From Chara braunii (Eukaryota > Plantae > Charophyceae), in assembly GCA_003427395.1 (NCBI GenBank), contig BFEA01000013.1:6683038-6747037 (forward strand): DNA of 64,000 nt, in the 5' to 3' direction. Position 1 is the first letter of the stretch. Every line of letters begins with the position of its first letter. The notes under the pieces are model-generated. The model was not told the origin of the DNA and ran no database searches. It saw only the letters and a list, made by a program, of their open reading frames with translations. The translations under genes were made by a program, and so were the position numbers. Below, piece after piece: positions 63,292 through 64,000 of this stretch.

Positions 63292-64000
63292 CTATATTCG
63301 TCTCCGCCTCCTCATCCTTTTCTCTCTCCTCTCTCTTTTTCGTTTTCTTTCTTCCCTCTCGCGTCTGTCTCTCAAGGCTTTTCTCGAAGCGCTCCTTCTT
63401 TCTCTCAACCTCCGTTTTCCTAATCGGTCAGTTTCTCCGTCGTCTTCCCTTGGCCGTTTCTTCCTTCTAGGGGTCTTTGGCAAGGGAGGTCTCCGAACCT
63501 TATACCCCCTCTTAGGCGGTCGCGAGGAGGCTCCTTGTTTTGAAGTCTCTCCCCTCTCGTGGGTGAGGGTTATTTCCGTGCCGACCACTTCCTTCCGCTT
63601 CCTCTTTGGTTCCTCTCTAAAGGTGCCCCGCCATCGGAAGAGTTTGAGGCGAACCCCCACGATAGGGTCCCGTAACTTGGTTCCGTCTAATTCGGCAAGG
63701 AGATATACCCCTCCATCCAATCTCTTTAGGACCCGGTACAGACCCATCCATCAGTTGGCTAGCTTCCTGCTCCAAGTCTTTTCCAGTAACGAGTCATACA
63801 TCAGGACTAGGTCTCTAGACCCTATCGGCTCTTTTCGGACTCTCAAATTCTTGTCCCACCTTTCCTTCCCCTTCGTCCTCTCCTTCTCAATGTTCTTTCC
63901 TGCCTCGGCAAGCCCCGCGTCCAGGTTTTCGGTTATTTGTTGTATCCTTGCCTCCAGTAGCTCAGTCTTCGTCATGTTGGTATTCCATGAGACACTCGTC
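63292..64000 (-). pseudogene. C-terminal end of a Ty3/gypsy LTR-retrotransposon pol (integrase GPY/F-like module) with an Arg/Lys-rich tail; one premature stop; continues beyond the window
   Basis: ORFs 63751-63975 and 63292-63747 are in frame and read ...RDLVLMYDSLLEKTWSRKLAN*WMGLYRVLKRLDGGVYLLAELDG..., matching the gypsy integrase motif KLxxRWxGPY/FxV. The TGA sits at the expected Arg (likely CGA>TGA). Confidence 0.85.

Overview
A repeat-dominated eukaryotic window. It has many (GA)n/(CA)n/(GATT)n/(AAT)n microsatellites, assembly gaps, GT-AG splice signals and a plant-type TTTAGGG tract. The overall style suggests a streptophyte alga such as Chara; this is inference only. I recognise no intact host housekeeping gene, rRNA, canonical tRNA or CRISPR locus, and most long ORFs in the track are microsatellite artefacts. 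Supportable features are the 3' end of a Ty3/gypsy integrase with PPT and LTR start (right edge, minus strand), a degraded gag-like region at 32.3-33.5 kb, two inverted copies of a large unclassified element (19-24.8 kb and 38.3-44.4 kb), a TTAA-flanked non-autonomous DNA transposon, and several satellites. Two observations stand out. (1) An operon-like cassette of eight head-to-tail minus-strand ORFs at 54.1-58.8 kb. Seven of them form two paralogue families; all are joined by overlapping or abutting stop/start codons, and they lie behind a putative spliceosomal intron. A distant homologue sits upstream of the gag-like ORF at 33.8-34.5 kb. (2) Arrays of seven hairpins with a near-invariant 20-nt loop and covarying stems inside the inverted element pair.
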